From Octopus sinensis (Eukaryota), in contig NC_043002.1 of the NCBI RefSeq assembly GCF_006345805.1, positions 115,630,001 to 115,694,000 on the forward strand: a DNA stretch of 64,000 nucleotides, read 5' to 3'. The position numbers were made by a program, and so were the translations under genes. Under the pieces are notes generated by a model that was not told the DNA's origin, searched no databases, and worked only from the letters and a program-made list of their open reading frames with translations. This document shows, one piece after another, positions 1-10,805 of the stretch (position 1 is the stretch's first letter; the number at the start of each line of letters is the position of its first letter).

Positions 1-268
1 GTTACTTTTAACCATATATACACACACTACTACACTCCTGTAAATTCTCACACAACTTGAACATCTTAAATCAAGCATGCACTATGTAAATGTATTTCAA
101 TGCAGCCAGAATGGTTTAGTCTTCAAATATAAAAAAAAACATTACGTCACTATAGCCTCGTATACATAACACACAATTACAAACCTGAGAGTCACCAGGA
201 ATGCTAGCTTTGACAATCTTTGATAATGATTTCATGTATGACATTGCTTCTCTTTTTAACAGAAAATA

Positions 269-512
269 TTGGGTTGGGGCATAATTATTGCAGCTTTTTT
301 TCAACAAATTTTATTCAACAATAACAATATTTAACAAAAACATGTTTAAATGATGGTCTGACCATCTGCCAAGCAAATGGGAAGCAGTAATTGAAGTAGG
401 TGGTGAATACGCTCCGGAATAATCATTTAAAGATGGTTTTGTTACATGTTGTTATTGTTTTTGTTGAATAAAATTTGTTGAAAAAAACCGCAATAATTAT
501 GCACCTACCCAA
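269..512 (+). mobile_element. Mariner-derived MITE (internally deleted), ~65-bp TIRs, TA target duplication
   Basis: Left end TA|TTGGGTTGGGGCATAATTATTGCAGC matches the reverse complement of the right end CCGCAATAATTATGCACCTACCCAA|TA. The interior encodes a mariner C-terminal remnant HLPSKWEAVIEVGGEYAPE*. Confidence 0.85.
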
Positions 513-1493
513 TACTTTAGCTCTGATTAGTTGGTAATTCTCCACAGTTTGTATAACACATATTGAAGAACTTCTCACATATCTAAAACAGTGCTACTAT
601 TTTCCTAACAAACATCCTTGACCAAATACAAAGAAAAAAACAAATGGTCACTCAAACTGGCAAAGGCTCATGAAGACAATAGAGAAACACTGATTTGTTT
701 CTCTGGTGTTTCTACAAAAGAATTAGAGATTGCTAAATATGTCATGGTTTTGTATATGAATTCAGTTATCATGATGTACTCTTGTGAAGGTTAACTGTAT
801 AAGAATATGAGAACAATTATCTAAATATAATTCCTTGACAAAGTTATCTCCCTGGTTTTGAATAGTGATAAAAAAAAAGAAGAAAAAATCATCTTCAAAT
901 ATTTCAGTAATTTGTGTATGTTTGTATTTGTAAATTTGTTATAAGAGTTTCAATTATATCAGTTGTAATTATATTGGTTTGCAAACTGAAAGATGGATTG
1001 TTCATATCACACCATAAACATTTTCCACTGACCAAATTATTCAGCTGCAAATAAATAAGTTAAGATCTATTTCTGAACTCTAGGTTGCAAGAATACTTTA
1101 TAATTGATAAATCAAATCCTTGCATCAGTTTAACTTGGAAAGGGTGGTATCTGCTACATGAAGATGATATCTTGGATAGGGTTCAAAAATCACTTTATTA
1201 TTATTTTTTTCTATTTCTATATTTTTATATTTCAAGTTACATTTTCTCTATTTGCTATAGTAATTTGCTATAGTAAATGTCTTTCGGACATTTTCTTGTC
1301 TTCTTTTTTAGCAAAATAATCCATGCCAGAAAGAGAATAGACTATTAATTTGTTGTTAGATAAAGACTATTTTATGTCTCCACATATTTTAAAATCTCCA
1401 TTGTTTTTGCACACTGGCACTAACAGAGAGGGAAGCCCTTTTACTCTCACCAAAACAAACTTTTTCTAAAAGACCATTATTAATTCGAGTCCT

Positions 1494-1680
1494 AAGGTGG
1501 CAAGCCGGCAGAATCATTAGCACACTGGACAAAATGTCTTTATGTTCTGAATTCAAATTCTTTGCTTGTCTTGCTTTTGAGTCAATGAAAGCAGTACCAG
1601 TCAAGTACTGATGTCAATGTAATCAACTCGCTCCTCACCCCAAAATTTCAGGCCTTGCGCCTCAAGTAGAAAGGATCAAT
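1494..1680 (+). mobile_element. tRNA-derived SINE family B, diverged copy
   Basis: GGCAGAATCATTAGCAC head and AAAATTTCAGGCCTTG..TAGAAAGGAT tail are shared with copies at 12756, 23024, 37652 and 42075-42714. Confidence 0.75.
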
Positions 1681-3310
1681 GAGATTACTCAGCTTTTTTA
1701 TGGCCAACGATTTAATCCGTATACGGCAATTCCTTTACCTTAGAATACAAAAAAATAACTGAACAAGTTGAGTTTATGTCTTGATTTGTAAAAATATAGA
1801 TTTCATTGCTTTACATTTGATGGAATACAAAGCAATAGTAAGTATTTACGCAGTAACTTGACCTGCCATAATTAGAAACCAAATAAATCTCATACCACAC
1901 CCTATCTTCAAAAGAAATGTTGTCTAAGTTACATCAAGCCTGATAAAAATATAGGATAGTCATTACTGAAATGCCTTTGGTTATAGATCTGCTCAGTCAG
2001 AACTAACTTAGTATCAACTATATAATTGGTAAAGATCTGTAGCAGTGTTTAGAACTCAGTAATGAGAAATAGGCTACAGCATATTAGGTAATGTCAGTCT
2101 AACTGATAACCAATCATATTATGGCTGCAGTCATACAATCAATGAAAAGTTCCATAGTTTCCCACTAAAGCATGGTTATAAAGAAGTGCAGGACAATCAA
2201 CACAAGTTTCAGGGAGCCCTGAGATGACAGGATGCTCGGTCACTGCAAGACATCTTGTTAAAATTAATCATTTGTTGATGATGAATACAGAATTTCTCAC
2301 CTCTTGCCACACAACTATATAGGTAGCTAATTCTTAGCCAAATACAACATGCATACATGACTCTCCACAGGTAATAGGTGATACAGCTTCTGGGGAGTAA
2401 CTTTTGTGATGTTCATATATAAATAAATGGACTCATCAAAAATCTAAAATGGTTTTATAGGGGGGGGGGGGAAACAGCACAGCCATATTCTGCCTAATCA
2501 AATAATCAAAATATCCAGAAGACTCCTAATCAAATCTACAGGTTAATCAATAGAGAGAGCTTCCTTGTAAGATAACCTTGTAAGATAATTTTGCAAATTG
2601 ATCAACAGGGAAGACTTCTTTATAAAAATATCTTGTGACATAGCAAGCAACAGTTTCTTTTCCTCTCATATTCAAGAAAAAAATGTACTTTTTCAGATTA
2701 TAGATGTTAACACATTTCATCCAAACACAACTTGGTTTTAATGACTCAAATGACAAGTTCCAACATAGACTGTATAATTAATGAGTGATTCACACATTAC
2801 ACTTCTGTGTTTGTATCTTAGCCTTTCATAATCAATAAAATAAGTATGAACATGCTAGAACGTAGTAAGGAAAACTAGACTATATGCTGAGTTTGGGCAT
2901 GCCTACATTATAGTTGTTGTACTCAGAATTAGATCGGCTCTAATCAGTAGCAGCAACATAAATACTACCTTTATTGAACTGAATATCAGTGTAGAAATAT
3001 ACGTGAATTAATATCTTCCCCCCCCCCTCTCCCTGAAGGTTGATGTTTATTTAGCTACATTAACTAAATAATTATAAGGAAACCTGATTGTTAGAGTAAA
3101 ATTAAAATAACTGTCTCACCAGCCAGCAGAAATAAATCTATAAAGAAGTAGACAATCAGACCAGCATATGGTGAAATGCTAGCTGTCCCTTCTACTCTGA
3201 TATATTTTTTTAACATATACTTTACTTCCAACTGCTGCTACCTGACTTTGGCCTATTATCAAACTTGTGTACAATGTATATCTGTAAAGCTGACAGTAGT
3301 CTTCCTTCCT

Positions 3311-3353
3311 ATTGGCTACAAGCGGAGTCCTTACTTGTAGCTTACGTCCCGCC
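3311..3353 (+). promoter_or_regulatory. Candidate proximal promoter islet upstream of the large ORF
   Basis: Inverted CCAAT (ATTGG 3311-3315), 8-bp inverted repeat GCTACAAG/CTTGTAGC, TTACGT and TCCCGCC within 43 nt, about 550 nt upstream of ATG 3900. Motif-level evidence only. Confidence 0.25.
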
Positions 3354-3899
3354 TTCTGCATTACAATGTGCTTATGACAGTATACATGCTATCAAGAACT
3401 GGTTTGATATAGTTGGCTTCACTTGAAAAGGACACAGGAAAAGAAAACTGATTTTGCAGTTAACAAAATAAGCTGGAAAAAAAACAACATATTGATTTAT
3501 TTGATGATTGTATACCCAAAACTTCACAACACATACTCAGGGACAGATTTACATTATAAAAATCGTAATCTACAAAGGAAATCTGTTTTATCTTAAACTT
3601 CAAAACATAACGAAGCACACAACATATTCTAATCTTTCTTCTGTTCCAAGTAATTTCTATCGAAGGTATGTTCTTAACATTTATAATTTAGCAATTATTC
3701 AAGCACGGTAATGTTTTTAAATAATTGCCTTAGATTCATGAGTATTATTTAACTTTGTATTAATTTTCTCCAAAGTGCAATGATTTTAAATATTTTTTCA
3801 TCAACTGTTGTGGCTCTTTAATGAAAATTTTATAAAAAGTTATCGGTCTCCTTATATGATTCTGTCATAAATTCATTAAAAAAAAAAAAAAAATTGAAA

Positions 3900-6800
3900 A
3901 TGTATTCCTCTGGAAGACAGAGATACAGGCCTACTACAAGTTTGAGGAGATCTACTTCAAAGCCAAATCTCTCTTTCTCAACAATTACAGAGGAATGTGT
4001 ACCAAAAGACATACACTTTCCTGATGATGAAGAGAAAAGAGAAAGAACACAGCGGCTAAGAAAACTCCAACGATTAAGAGAACGTCGTTACAGAGACTTT
4101 AAAGGTTTATCACGCTCAGGTGTAACAGATGACTATGAGTCACGTTTTGCAAATGATCTGGAAGAATTTAGAAGTATAAAGACTGGAAATGTACCTACTG
4201 GAGATGATGCTTTATCAAAAAATCAACAGTTTGAACACAAGTTTTCAAGATTTCAAAGCAAAGATATATATAGCACTCTTCCAGCAAGGATAGGTGCTAG
4301 AAAGTTTATTGACAATTCATCAAAAGACCCTATACTTTCCCCTACAGGTAGTGTTAGCTCTACTGCAACTGTTGATGAAAGATTTATGTATGGTTCCAGA
4401 TTTGAGAATGAGGATTACGATTATTCCTGGAGACCTCGTCAACGTACTTACTCATTATCAACAGCATCAAATTATGATTATGATTCTTCAATGTATAGCC
4501 ATCTCAATGAGGATGGTCTCGATGACGGCCCTTTTGATGACACAACATCAGAGTATGATTATGGTTATAGTTCAATACATGGACTGAAACGCTCCTTTTC
4601 AACATGTGTTACTCCTCACAAATATTCAGGGATGATGACACCTGTAGCTATGAGTACTGAAGCAGCAGCTACTGCTGATCGTCTTGACCAAATTAAAGAA
4701 AGGCTCTATAATTTGCAAGCTATGAGAAAAGAAAGAGAATCTGCTGAAAAACCTAATTGTGAAAGAAGTAGTTTGTCATATAATAAGGAGGTTAATAATG
4801 AGCAAATTAGTACGTCAATCTCTAATTATCAAACATCTGAAAGTAGGTATCAGTCTTTGAATATTCCACAAGATAATAATAATAACAGCTCAAGGCCCCT
4901 TTGGTCTCAAAGAATAGATCTTCTTATGTCATCCCAGAAGCAGAATGATACACAACATGACCAAAACTTTAACCAGGAAGCTTATACTTCTATGAATGAG
5001 GCTACATCAAATGTAAAGATTGTTGACGGTAGTGAACCAGTTCCAACTGATATAAGCTTTGATCAAGAAAGTTTCTATTCTTTTGAGGCAGGTGAAGATG
5101 ACATTGCAAACATAAAATCAATAAACAAAAGCACCGGGGCAACTGAAACGGAATATGATTACACAGACTGTGTAGATCCAGGAAGTGTTCAAATTAGTTT
5201 AGAAAGTTACAATGATAATAAATTTCTGGGCTTTGAAGGTACTCAAAGTCTAGAAAGCAGTGTCACCAGCCACACAGTAAAACCAATCCAATTAACTCAA
5301 CGTAAAACTCCTGCACAATCACATTCAAAACAAAATTATTTATCTAAAGCAGTGGCTCCTGAAGTACATTCTCTTCCAAAAACAAGTAATTTAGGTTCAG
5401 AAATGCAAAACTATAAAGATTTGAGTCGAGATGAACTCTTGCTGGAAATTGCTCGATTAAAACTGGCAAACATTGAAAGAGATCCACCAAACACTGAATC
5501 AATTGCTCATACTAAAACTGTTGAAACTGAAAGTCAAGTTAAATTTTTACCAGATGATAAAGCAAATATAAACATAACTAAATTAAAATCAGTTGAAGTA
5601 GGTAGCAAGATAAGTTCTGACAATATACGGTATCAAGATCCTTATAATGCATCAGTTTCCATAAATAATGCTGTTGATGAAAGTGTTTCAATAACAGCTA
5701 AAGATTCAAAGTTATCTGATTCAAAGACACCCTCAGAATCTGAGGAAGAGATACTATCAGAATTTGAGCAAGAGATGCAGTCAGAATCTGATGAACAGCC
5801 ACAATCACATAGCCATATAGTTGACCGAGAAGAGAATTTTATTAATGAGAAAGAAAAATGCCAAATTGAACATTCTATGTATTTTAAATCTGTTACTGTG
5901 GAAAAGCCAAGTGTAGAAACATCAGAAAACATAGCCCATAAAATCACTGAGGATAAATTACAAAAGCAATATTCACCAGTCATAAAAGAAACATTTGAGA
6001 AAAAACAGAATTTTAGTGAGGAAAACTTAGAAATAGCATCATTAAAAGATCTTCAAAATAACAATTTTTCATTGGAAACTCCTGCAACTCAAACACAAGT
6101 GTCCTGGAATTTTTCTGAAACCTCTAATTCAGAAAACATCAGCAGTGATTCTTTAGCTGGAAGTCACCAAGAAAGCTTGACCAAATTTGATACCACTTTC
6201 GATAACTCCAATAATTTAACAGATACTTTTTCGAAAGAGACAAACTCTGTTGAGTTAATCTCTCAAACCCAGTCAGCACCTTATCAAGCTCCAAAAGAAA
6301 TTACTGTAAATGAAAGTGATTTTCATGAAAATTCTTTGACTTCAAGAAAAGATGAAATGCTTGAAACAAAGAAACTTTCAGTCGATGTTACTATTACACC
6401 TAACAATGATAATATTAGCAAAACAAAATCCCCCGAGAAATGCAACAGTATTGCATATTCTTCAACAGAAAATGAAGTGGAAATGCCAAGAGTTTTAGCT
6501 TCAAGTCCCTTGTTTGTACCTTCCCAAGATACTTCTTATACCTTTATGAATAAAACAACTGTTAAGGATAACACTGATAGCCCCTCTTGCTTAAATGAAT
6601 TAAAGACAAACCAAATGAATGAAACATTAACATGTAAACCTCTGGATATGCAGAATTATGTAGATGCTAACATGAACATAAAAGAAGGTGTTGATTCTAC
6701 AAAGTTGAAGGCAATTGAAATACCAATAAAAGATAAAGGAATAGAAACATTTAATGAAGAAGGTGTTGATTCTACAAAGTTGAAGGCAATTGAAATACCA

Positions 6801-9800
6801 ATAAAAGATAAAGGAATAGAAACATTTAATGAAGAAGGTGTTGATTCTACAAAGTTGAAGGCAATTGAAATACCAATAAAAGATAAAGGAATAGAAACAT
6901 TTAATGAAGAAGGTGTTGATTCTACAAAGTTGAAGGCAATTGAAATACCAATAAAAGATAAAGGAATAGAAACATTTAATGAAGAAGGTGTTGATTCTAC
7001 AAAGTTGAAGGCAATTGAAATACCAATAAAAGATAAAGGAATAGAAACATTTAATGAAGAAGGTGTTGATTCTACAAAGTTGAAGGCAATTGAAATACCA
7101 ATAAAAGATAAAGGAATAGAAACATTTAATGAAGAAGGTGTTGATTCTACAAAGTTGAAGGCAATTGAAATACCAATAAAAGATAAAGGAATAGAAACAT
7201 TTAATGAAGAAGGTGTTGATTCTACAAAGTTGAAGGCAATTGAAATACCAATAAAAGATAAAGGAATAGAAACATTTAATGATAAAGATTTATCAGAAAT
7301 ACCTACTGATTCTAAAAATGATACTAAATATTTCCAAACTGAATTGTCAACAACCCATTCTCCAGCCAAAGGAGGTGAGAATTCAGAAAGCTATGTATTA
7401 AAAACTACTAAAGAAGTAGTTGTGGATCAAGAACAAGGAGCTGCAATTCATGAAAGATTCTCTGAAGATCAACAAGAATCTAAAGGAAAATCTGAATTCA
7501 TTCAGGACTGCCCACCAAAATCTGTAATAATGCCACATGTAACAGAAAATTCTAAAATAATTATTTCTACTACCAAATCATCTGAACCTCTTTATACTTC
7601 AAGTCTTTCTGTTAGCCTTCCAAATTCTCCATCACAGCTGACAAAGGACAATGTTGATGCTGAACCCAAGACAGAAACTGTTAACTTAATGGAACATTCT
7701 GTTGAAACACAGCCATCTTTGAATGGTTTCTCTACTACCTCAAATAGTGCCTCTATATATTTAGTGCCAAATAAAAAATATATATCTACAACTACATCTG
7801 TACAAAATCAATTTAATTCAGATATAGATGGGAAATCTGATGCAAAAATGTTTGATTTGACAACTCTAGAAGCTACTCCAGAGATAAAGTCTCCTGAAAT
7901 AAATTTTGAGAACAACTTGAAGGCCTCAAAAGCAGACAGTTCTTTTATGCAGGTTGTTAAAACTGATGCAAATGATTCTTCTGTTACTTATCAGAAGGAA
8001 ACATCTGAAAAGCCTCGTGCATTTGCTATTGGTTTAGATGCTTTGCAATCTAAAAGTGAAGACAGATTAAATATTTCTGAGCAGCCAATACATTCCAATA
8101 ATCAAACAAGTGAATCATTAAATATTTCTCCCCAAACTACTTTAAGTGAACGTGAGTTGGACAAAGAGACAACTGCTGAAGTAGCAAATTTAAAAGTATA
8201 TAATGAAAAAGAAGAAGAAGGGCCAAATGAGATTTTTGAGGGGCCGTCAATGATTTCAACTAAACTTCCTATCAGTTCAAACAATACCCCAGAACTTACA
8301 GAGTCCAGTTTTGAGCTATGCCACCAAGAAAATGTATCCATGAAATTATCACCTGAAAATAACAGTGAACTTCCAAATTATTCAATTAGTTCTTATCAAA
8401 CAGCCCTTCCGCAATCTTCTGTAACTGAGAATAATTCTCTTTCCTCCCCTTCTAAAATTGTTTCTGTAGAATCAACAAGTTATGTACAACCAAATTTCTA
8501 TAAGGATAAAGAGGATTCCCCCATACTGTTGATGAAAGATGTTCCTTCATTTGATCTAAAAGACAGTAGTGAATTAAAAAGTCCAAAATGTGAGGTGAAT
8601 GCTGATGTGAAGGATCTCTCAACTGAAAACAACAACTTGAACAGTTTTTCAACATTATCACCCTCACAGTCAAATTACAGCAATACTGTCAATAGAGAAT
8701 TCTCACATGAATCATATGCTTCATCTGATATGCAAACTCAAAACTTTACAACTATTACACCAAAAAGCATACTTGTAACAGCTTCTCCAAAGGAAACTAC
8801 AAATTTGCCAAAAAGTCCTTCCATAAATATACGTAAAGAAATCTTTGGAGAAGAAATTAACACATTTGATACCACTTTCATGAAACCCAATAAATCTGCT
8901 CTGAAATTAGTGGCACCAGATTCAGGTACATTGATAAAAACCAAATATGAAACAGAAGGAGAAAGAATCCAATCAATGATACCAAGAAGCCCTGGAAAGA
9001 GGAAGGACTATGAAACTAAGCAATTTTCGGATAATACAGAATTTCCTGCTAAGAGTGATACCAGTTCAAAAGACTTTCCTGACAGTTCTTTTCAAACCAT
9101 ATCTGATCCTCAGGTTGTCATTTCTGCAAAAGCCAAAACAGTTGAAATAGAAAAACCTGAAAGTCAGCCTGATATTCAATACCTTGCTACAACCTCCTTG
9201 GACTCTATGTCAACTATCCAGTATGGAGCCAATTCAAATATCGAAAATGTTGGTCAACACACATCTGAAATTAGCATGGAACTATCAAAAAATACTGCTT
9301 TTTCATTAGAGAGAAACAATTCTGATATTAATTCCAGTGAGTCTGACACCAGATATCTTCATGGCTCATCACAAGAAGCAATTGCTTTTGATGGATCAAA
9401 GCATGGAAAACCACATCAGACAGACACTCTCAATGATAATGAAAATAAAGACTTTTCGTTGATACTTCCAAAAACTCAAAGCACTCAGCCTTCATCTCCA
9501 AACATGCAGAAATTGGAAAGTTCAGCAGATACAATTCCACTTGCATCAAATAAAGATCATTATGAAATCAAAGCCCCTGAGCATATTAAGCAAAAAGCTA
9601 ATGCTAATGAAAATAGACCAACTGAACAATGGTCATATGAGGAAACACCACCCACTTTCAGTAAAAGTAATTCTTTACCAAGAAAAAAGAAAAAACCCTC
9701 AAAAACTCCAGATTCTCCTCAATCCTCTGAAAAAGCTAACATAAGTGCTGAGGATGATGGGAATGTAAATAAAAAATCTTCACAGAAAAAATGGAAATCA

Positions 9801-10352
9801 GTTGAACTTCTACAAAAAGGAAACCAAAAAAAACCTGAAGTACCACCCAAGAGTTCAGGACCTGGTCTTGTGAAAAGCACTTCAATGAAATTTTTAGCTA
9901 AATTTCAATCAAAGTCTAAAAAACAAAAGAGTTCAGAGGAACCTACTGACTTACTTCATCCAACTCTTAAAAAGGGTCAAAGTGAATACTCTGTACTCAA
10001 TTCAGACCCCAGCTATCAGCAGGATGAATTTCTGGGTTCAGACCCAGCACAAAGAACAAGACACTACAAAACATTGCCCCACAAAAAGAAAGAAAATTCT
10101 GAAAATGCACCAGGTAACCTTGATCAGTCTTCAACATTACTACCTAATGAAACTAATGCTTATGATAGTATAGGTCTTCTTAAGAATAACATATTCATAC
10201 AGAAGGATATGTTATCCCGCCATTATAAAAGTGAAAAAGATTTAACCTCTGAATTACCAGAGTCACAGAAATTGCAATCTCGTTCCTTGAAAGGGGAAAA
10301 AGTTCTATTGGCCCAAAAACGGCTACTAGGCTTATCAAGAGAAGAATTATAG
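3900..10352 (+). CDS. Large uninterrupted ORF, 2150 aa Ser/Thr/Glu/Lys/Asn-rich, probably intrinsically disordered protein of unknown family
   Basis: 6.45 kb without a stop codon in very AT-rich DNA. First ATG is at 3900 (AAAATGT; the track's TTG at 3894 is not a eukaryotic start), with an in-frame TGA upstream at 3822-3824 and no good acceptor in between. No transposon, RT or globular domain motif recognised. Confidence 0.9.
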   Translation: MYSSGRQRYRPTTSLRRSTSKPNLSFSTITEECVPKDIHFPDDEEKRERTQRLRKLQRLRERRYRDFKGLSRSGVTDDYESRFANDLEEFRSIKTGNVPTGDDALSKNQQFEHKFSRFQSKDIYSTLPARIGARKFIDNSSKDPILSPTGSVSSTATVDERFMYGSRFENEDYDYSWRPRQRTYSLSTASNYDYDSSMYSHLNEDGLDDGPFDDTTSEYDYGYSSIHGLKRSFSTCVTPHKYSGMMTPVAMSTEAAATADRLDQIKERLYNLQAMRKERESAEKPNCERSSLSYNKEVNNEQISTSISNYQTSESRYQSLNIPQDNNNNSSRPLWSQRIDLLMSSQKQNDTQHDQNFNQEAYTSMNEATSNVKIVDGSEPVPTDISFDQESFYSFEAGEDDIANIKSINKSTGATETEYDYTDCVDPGSVQISLESYNDNKFLGFEGTQSLESSVTSHTVKPIQLTQRKTPAQSHSKQNYLSKAVAPEVHSLPKTSNLGSEMQNYKDLSRDELLLEIARLKLANIERDPPNTESIAHTKTVETESQVKFLPDDKANINITKLKSVEVGSKISSDNIRYQDPYNASVSINNAVDESVSITAKDSKLSDSKTPSESEEEILSEFEQEMQSESDEQPQSHSHIVDREENFINEKEKCQIEHSMYFKSVTVEKPSVETSENIAHKITEDKLQKQYSPVIKETFEKKQNFSEENLEIASLKDLQNNNFSLETPATQTQVSWNFSETSNSENISSDSLAGSHQESLTKFDTTFDNSNNLTDTFSKETNSVELISQTQSAPYQAPKEITVNESDFHENSLTSRKDEMLETKKLSVDVTITPNNDNISKTKSPEKCNSIAYSSTENEVEMPRVLASSPLFVPSQDTSYTFMNKTTVKDNTDSPSCLNELKTNQMNETLTCKPLDMQNYVDANMNIKEGVDSTKLKAIEIPIKDKGIETFNEEGVDSTKLKAIEIPIKDKGIETFNEEGVDSTKLKAIEIPIKDKGIETFNEEGVDSTKLKAIEIPIKDKGIETFNEEGVDSTKLKAIEIPIKDKGIETFNEEGVDSTKLKAIEIPIKDKGIETFNEEGVDSTKLKAIEIPIKDKGIETFNEEGVDSTKLKAIEIPIKDKGIETFNDKDLSEIPTDSKNDTKYFQTELSTTHSPAKGGENSESYVLKTTKEVVVDQEQGAAIHERFSEDQQESKGKSEFIQDCPPKSVIMPHVTENSKIIISTTKSSEPLYTSSLSVSLPNSPSQLTKDNVDAEPKTETVNLMEHSVETQPSLNGFSTTSNSASIYLVPNKKYISTTTSVQNQFNSDIDGKSDAKMFDLTTLEATPEIKSPEINFENNLKASKADSSFMQVVKTDANDSSVTYQKETSEKPRAFAIGLDALQSKSEDRLNISEQPIHSNNQTSESLNISPQTTLSERELDKETTAEVANLKVYNEKEEEGPNEIFEGPSMISTKLPISSNNTPELTESSFELCHQENVSMKLSPENNSELPNYSISSYQTALPQSSVTENNSLSSPSKIVSVESTSYVQPNFYKDKEDSPILLMKDVPSFDLKDSSELKSPKCEVNADVKDLSTENNNLNSFSTLSPSQSNYSNTVNREFSHESYASSDMQTQNFTTITPKSILVTASPKETTNLPKSPSINIRKEIFGEEINTFDTTFMKPNKSALKLVAPDSGTLIKTKYETEGERIQSMIPRSPGKRKDYETKQFSDNTEFPAKSDTSSKDFPDSSFQTISDPQVVISAKAKTVEIEKPESQPDIQYLATTSLDSMSTIQYGANSNIENVGQHTSEISMELSKNTAFSLERNNSDINSSESDTRYLHGSSQEAIAFDGSKHGKPHQTDTLNDNENKDFSLILPKTQSTQPSSPNMQKLESSADTIPLASNKDHYEIKAPEHIKQKANANENRPTEQWSYEETPPTFSKSNSLPRKKKKPSKTPDSPQSSEKANISAEDDGNVNKKSSQKKWKSVELLQKGNQKKPEVPPKSSGPGLVKSTSMKFLAKFQSKSKKQKSSEEPTDLLHPTLKKGQSEYSVLNSDPSYQQDEFLGSDPAQRTRHYKTLPHKKKENSENAPGNLDQSSTLLPNETNAYDSIGLLKNNIFIQKDMLSRHYKSEKDLTSELPESQKLQSRSLKGEKVLLAQKRLLGLSREEL
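6684..7283 (+). repeat. Coding tandem repeat, 8 x 75 bp (25 aa EGVDSTKLKAIEIPIKDKGIETFNE)
   Basis: Units start at 6684, 6759, 6834, 6909, 6984, 7059, 7134 and 7209 and appear nucleotide-identical; only the last codon of unit 8 differs (GAT for GAA). Confidence 0.97.
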
Positions 10353-10393
10353 AAGACTATTTTTAGTTTTCATACAGCTTCTTTCTGCAAGTG

Positions 10394-10718
10394 ATCATCA
10401 TCATTTAACATCCACTCTCTATGCTGGCCTGGACTGGAGTTGATAAGCCAGGTTCCTGTCTGATTTGGCATAGTTTCTGCAGCTGGATGTCCTTCCTAAT
10501 GCCAACCACTCCAGTAGCATAATGGGTGCTTTTGTGTGTCATTGGCATGGGTGCCATTTACACGACAGTGGCAATGATCATGACTACAATTCACGTGTGC
10601 CATTTACGTGGCACTGGCAATGACCATGACTACGATGCAAGGGTGTCATTTACGTGGCACTGGCAATGGCCTCAACTATGCTTTAATGGGTGCCATTTAT
10701 ATGACACCGGCCTCAATC
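10394..10718 (-). mobile_element. RTE 3'-UTR-related short retroposon, with four ~46-bp internal tandem units
   Basis: ATCATCATCATTTAAC tail and CAGCTGGATGTCCTTCCTAATGCCAACC match the 3' end of the RTE copies at 36.5 kb and 47.4 kb. Internal units begin GTGYCATTTAY. Confidence 0.8.
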
Positions 10719-10805
10719 AGTTTTTTTTTTCTCTTACTTAAATATTTTATTTTAACACTGAGGCTTGTCCCCTGCATCCCCCTCCAGCTGAACATTCGTA
10801 ATCTT

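Noticed and set aside
3894-3899. TTG start given by the ORF track for the large ORF
   Set aside because: Eukaryotic context; the in-frame ATG two codons later (3900) has A at -3.
6684-7283. Possible CRISPR-like array
   Set aside because: Units are directly adjacent with no unique spacers, in-frame in a CDS, and the DNA is eukaryotic.
6656-7369. 237-aa antisense ORF
   Set aside because: By-product of the 75-bp repeat lacking a stop in that antisense frame; only short unique flanks.
10338-10349. REEL as KDEL-like ER retention signal
   Set aside because: No N-terminal signal peptide or transmembrane segment is visible.
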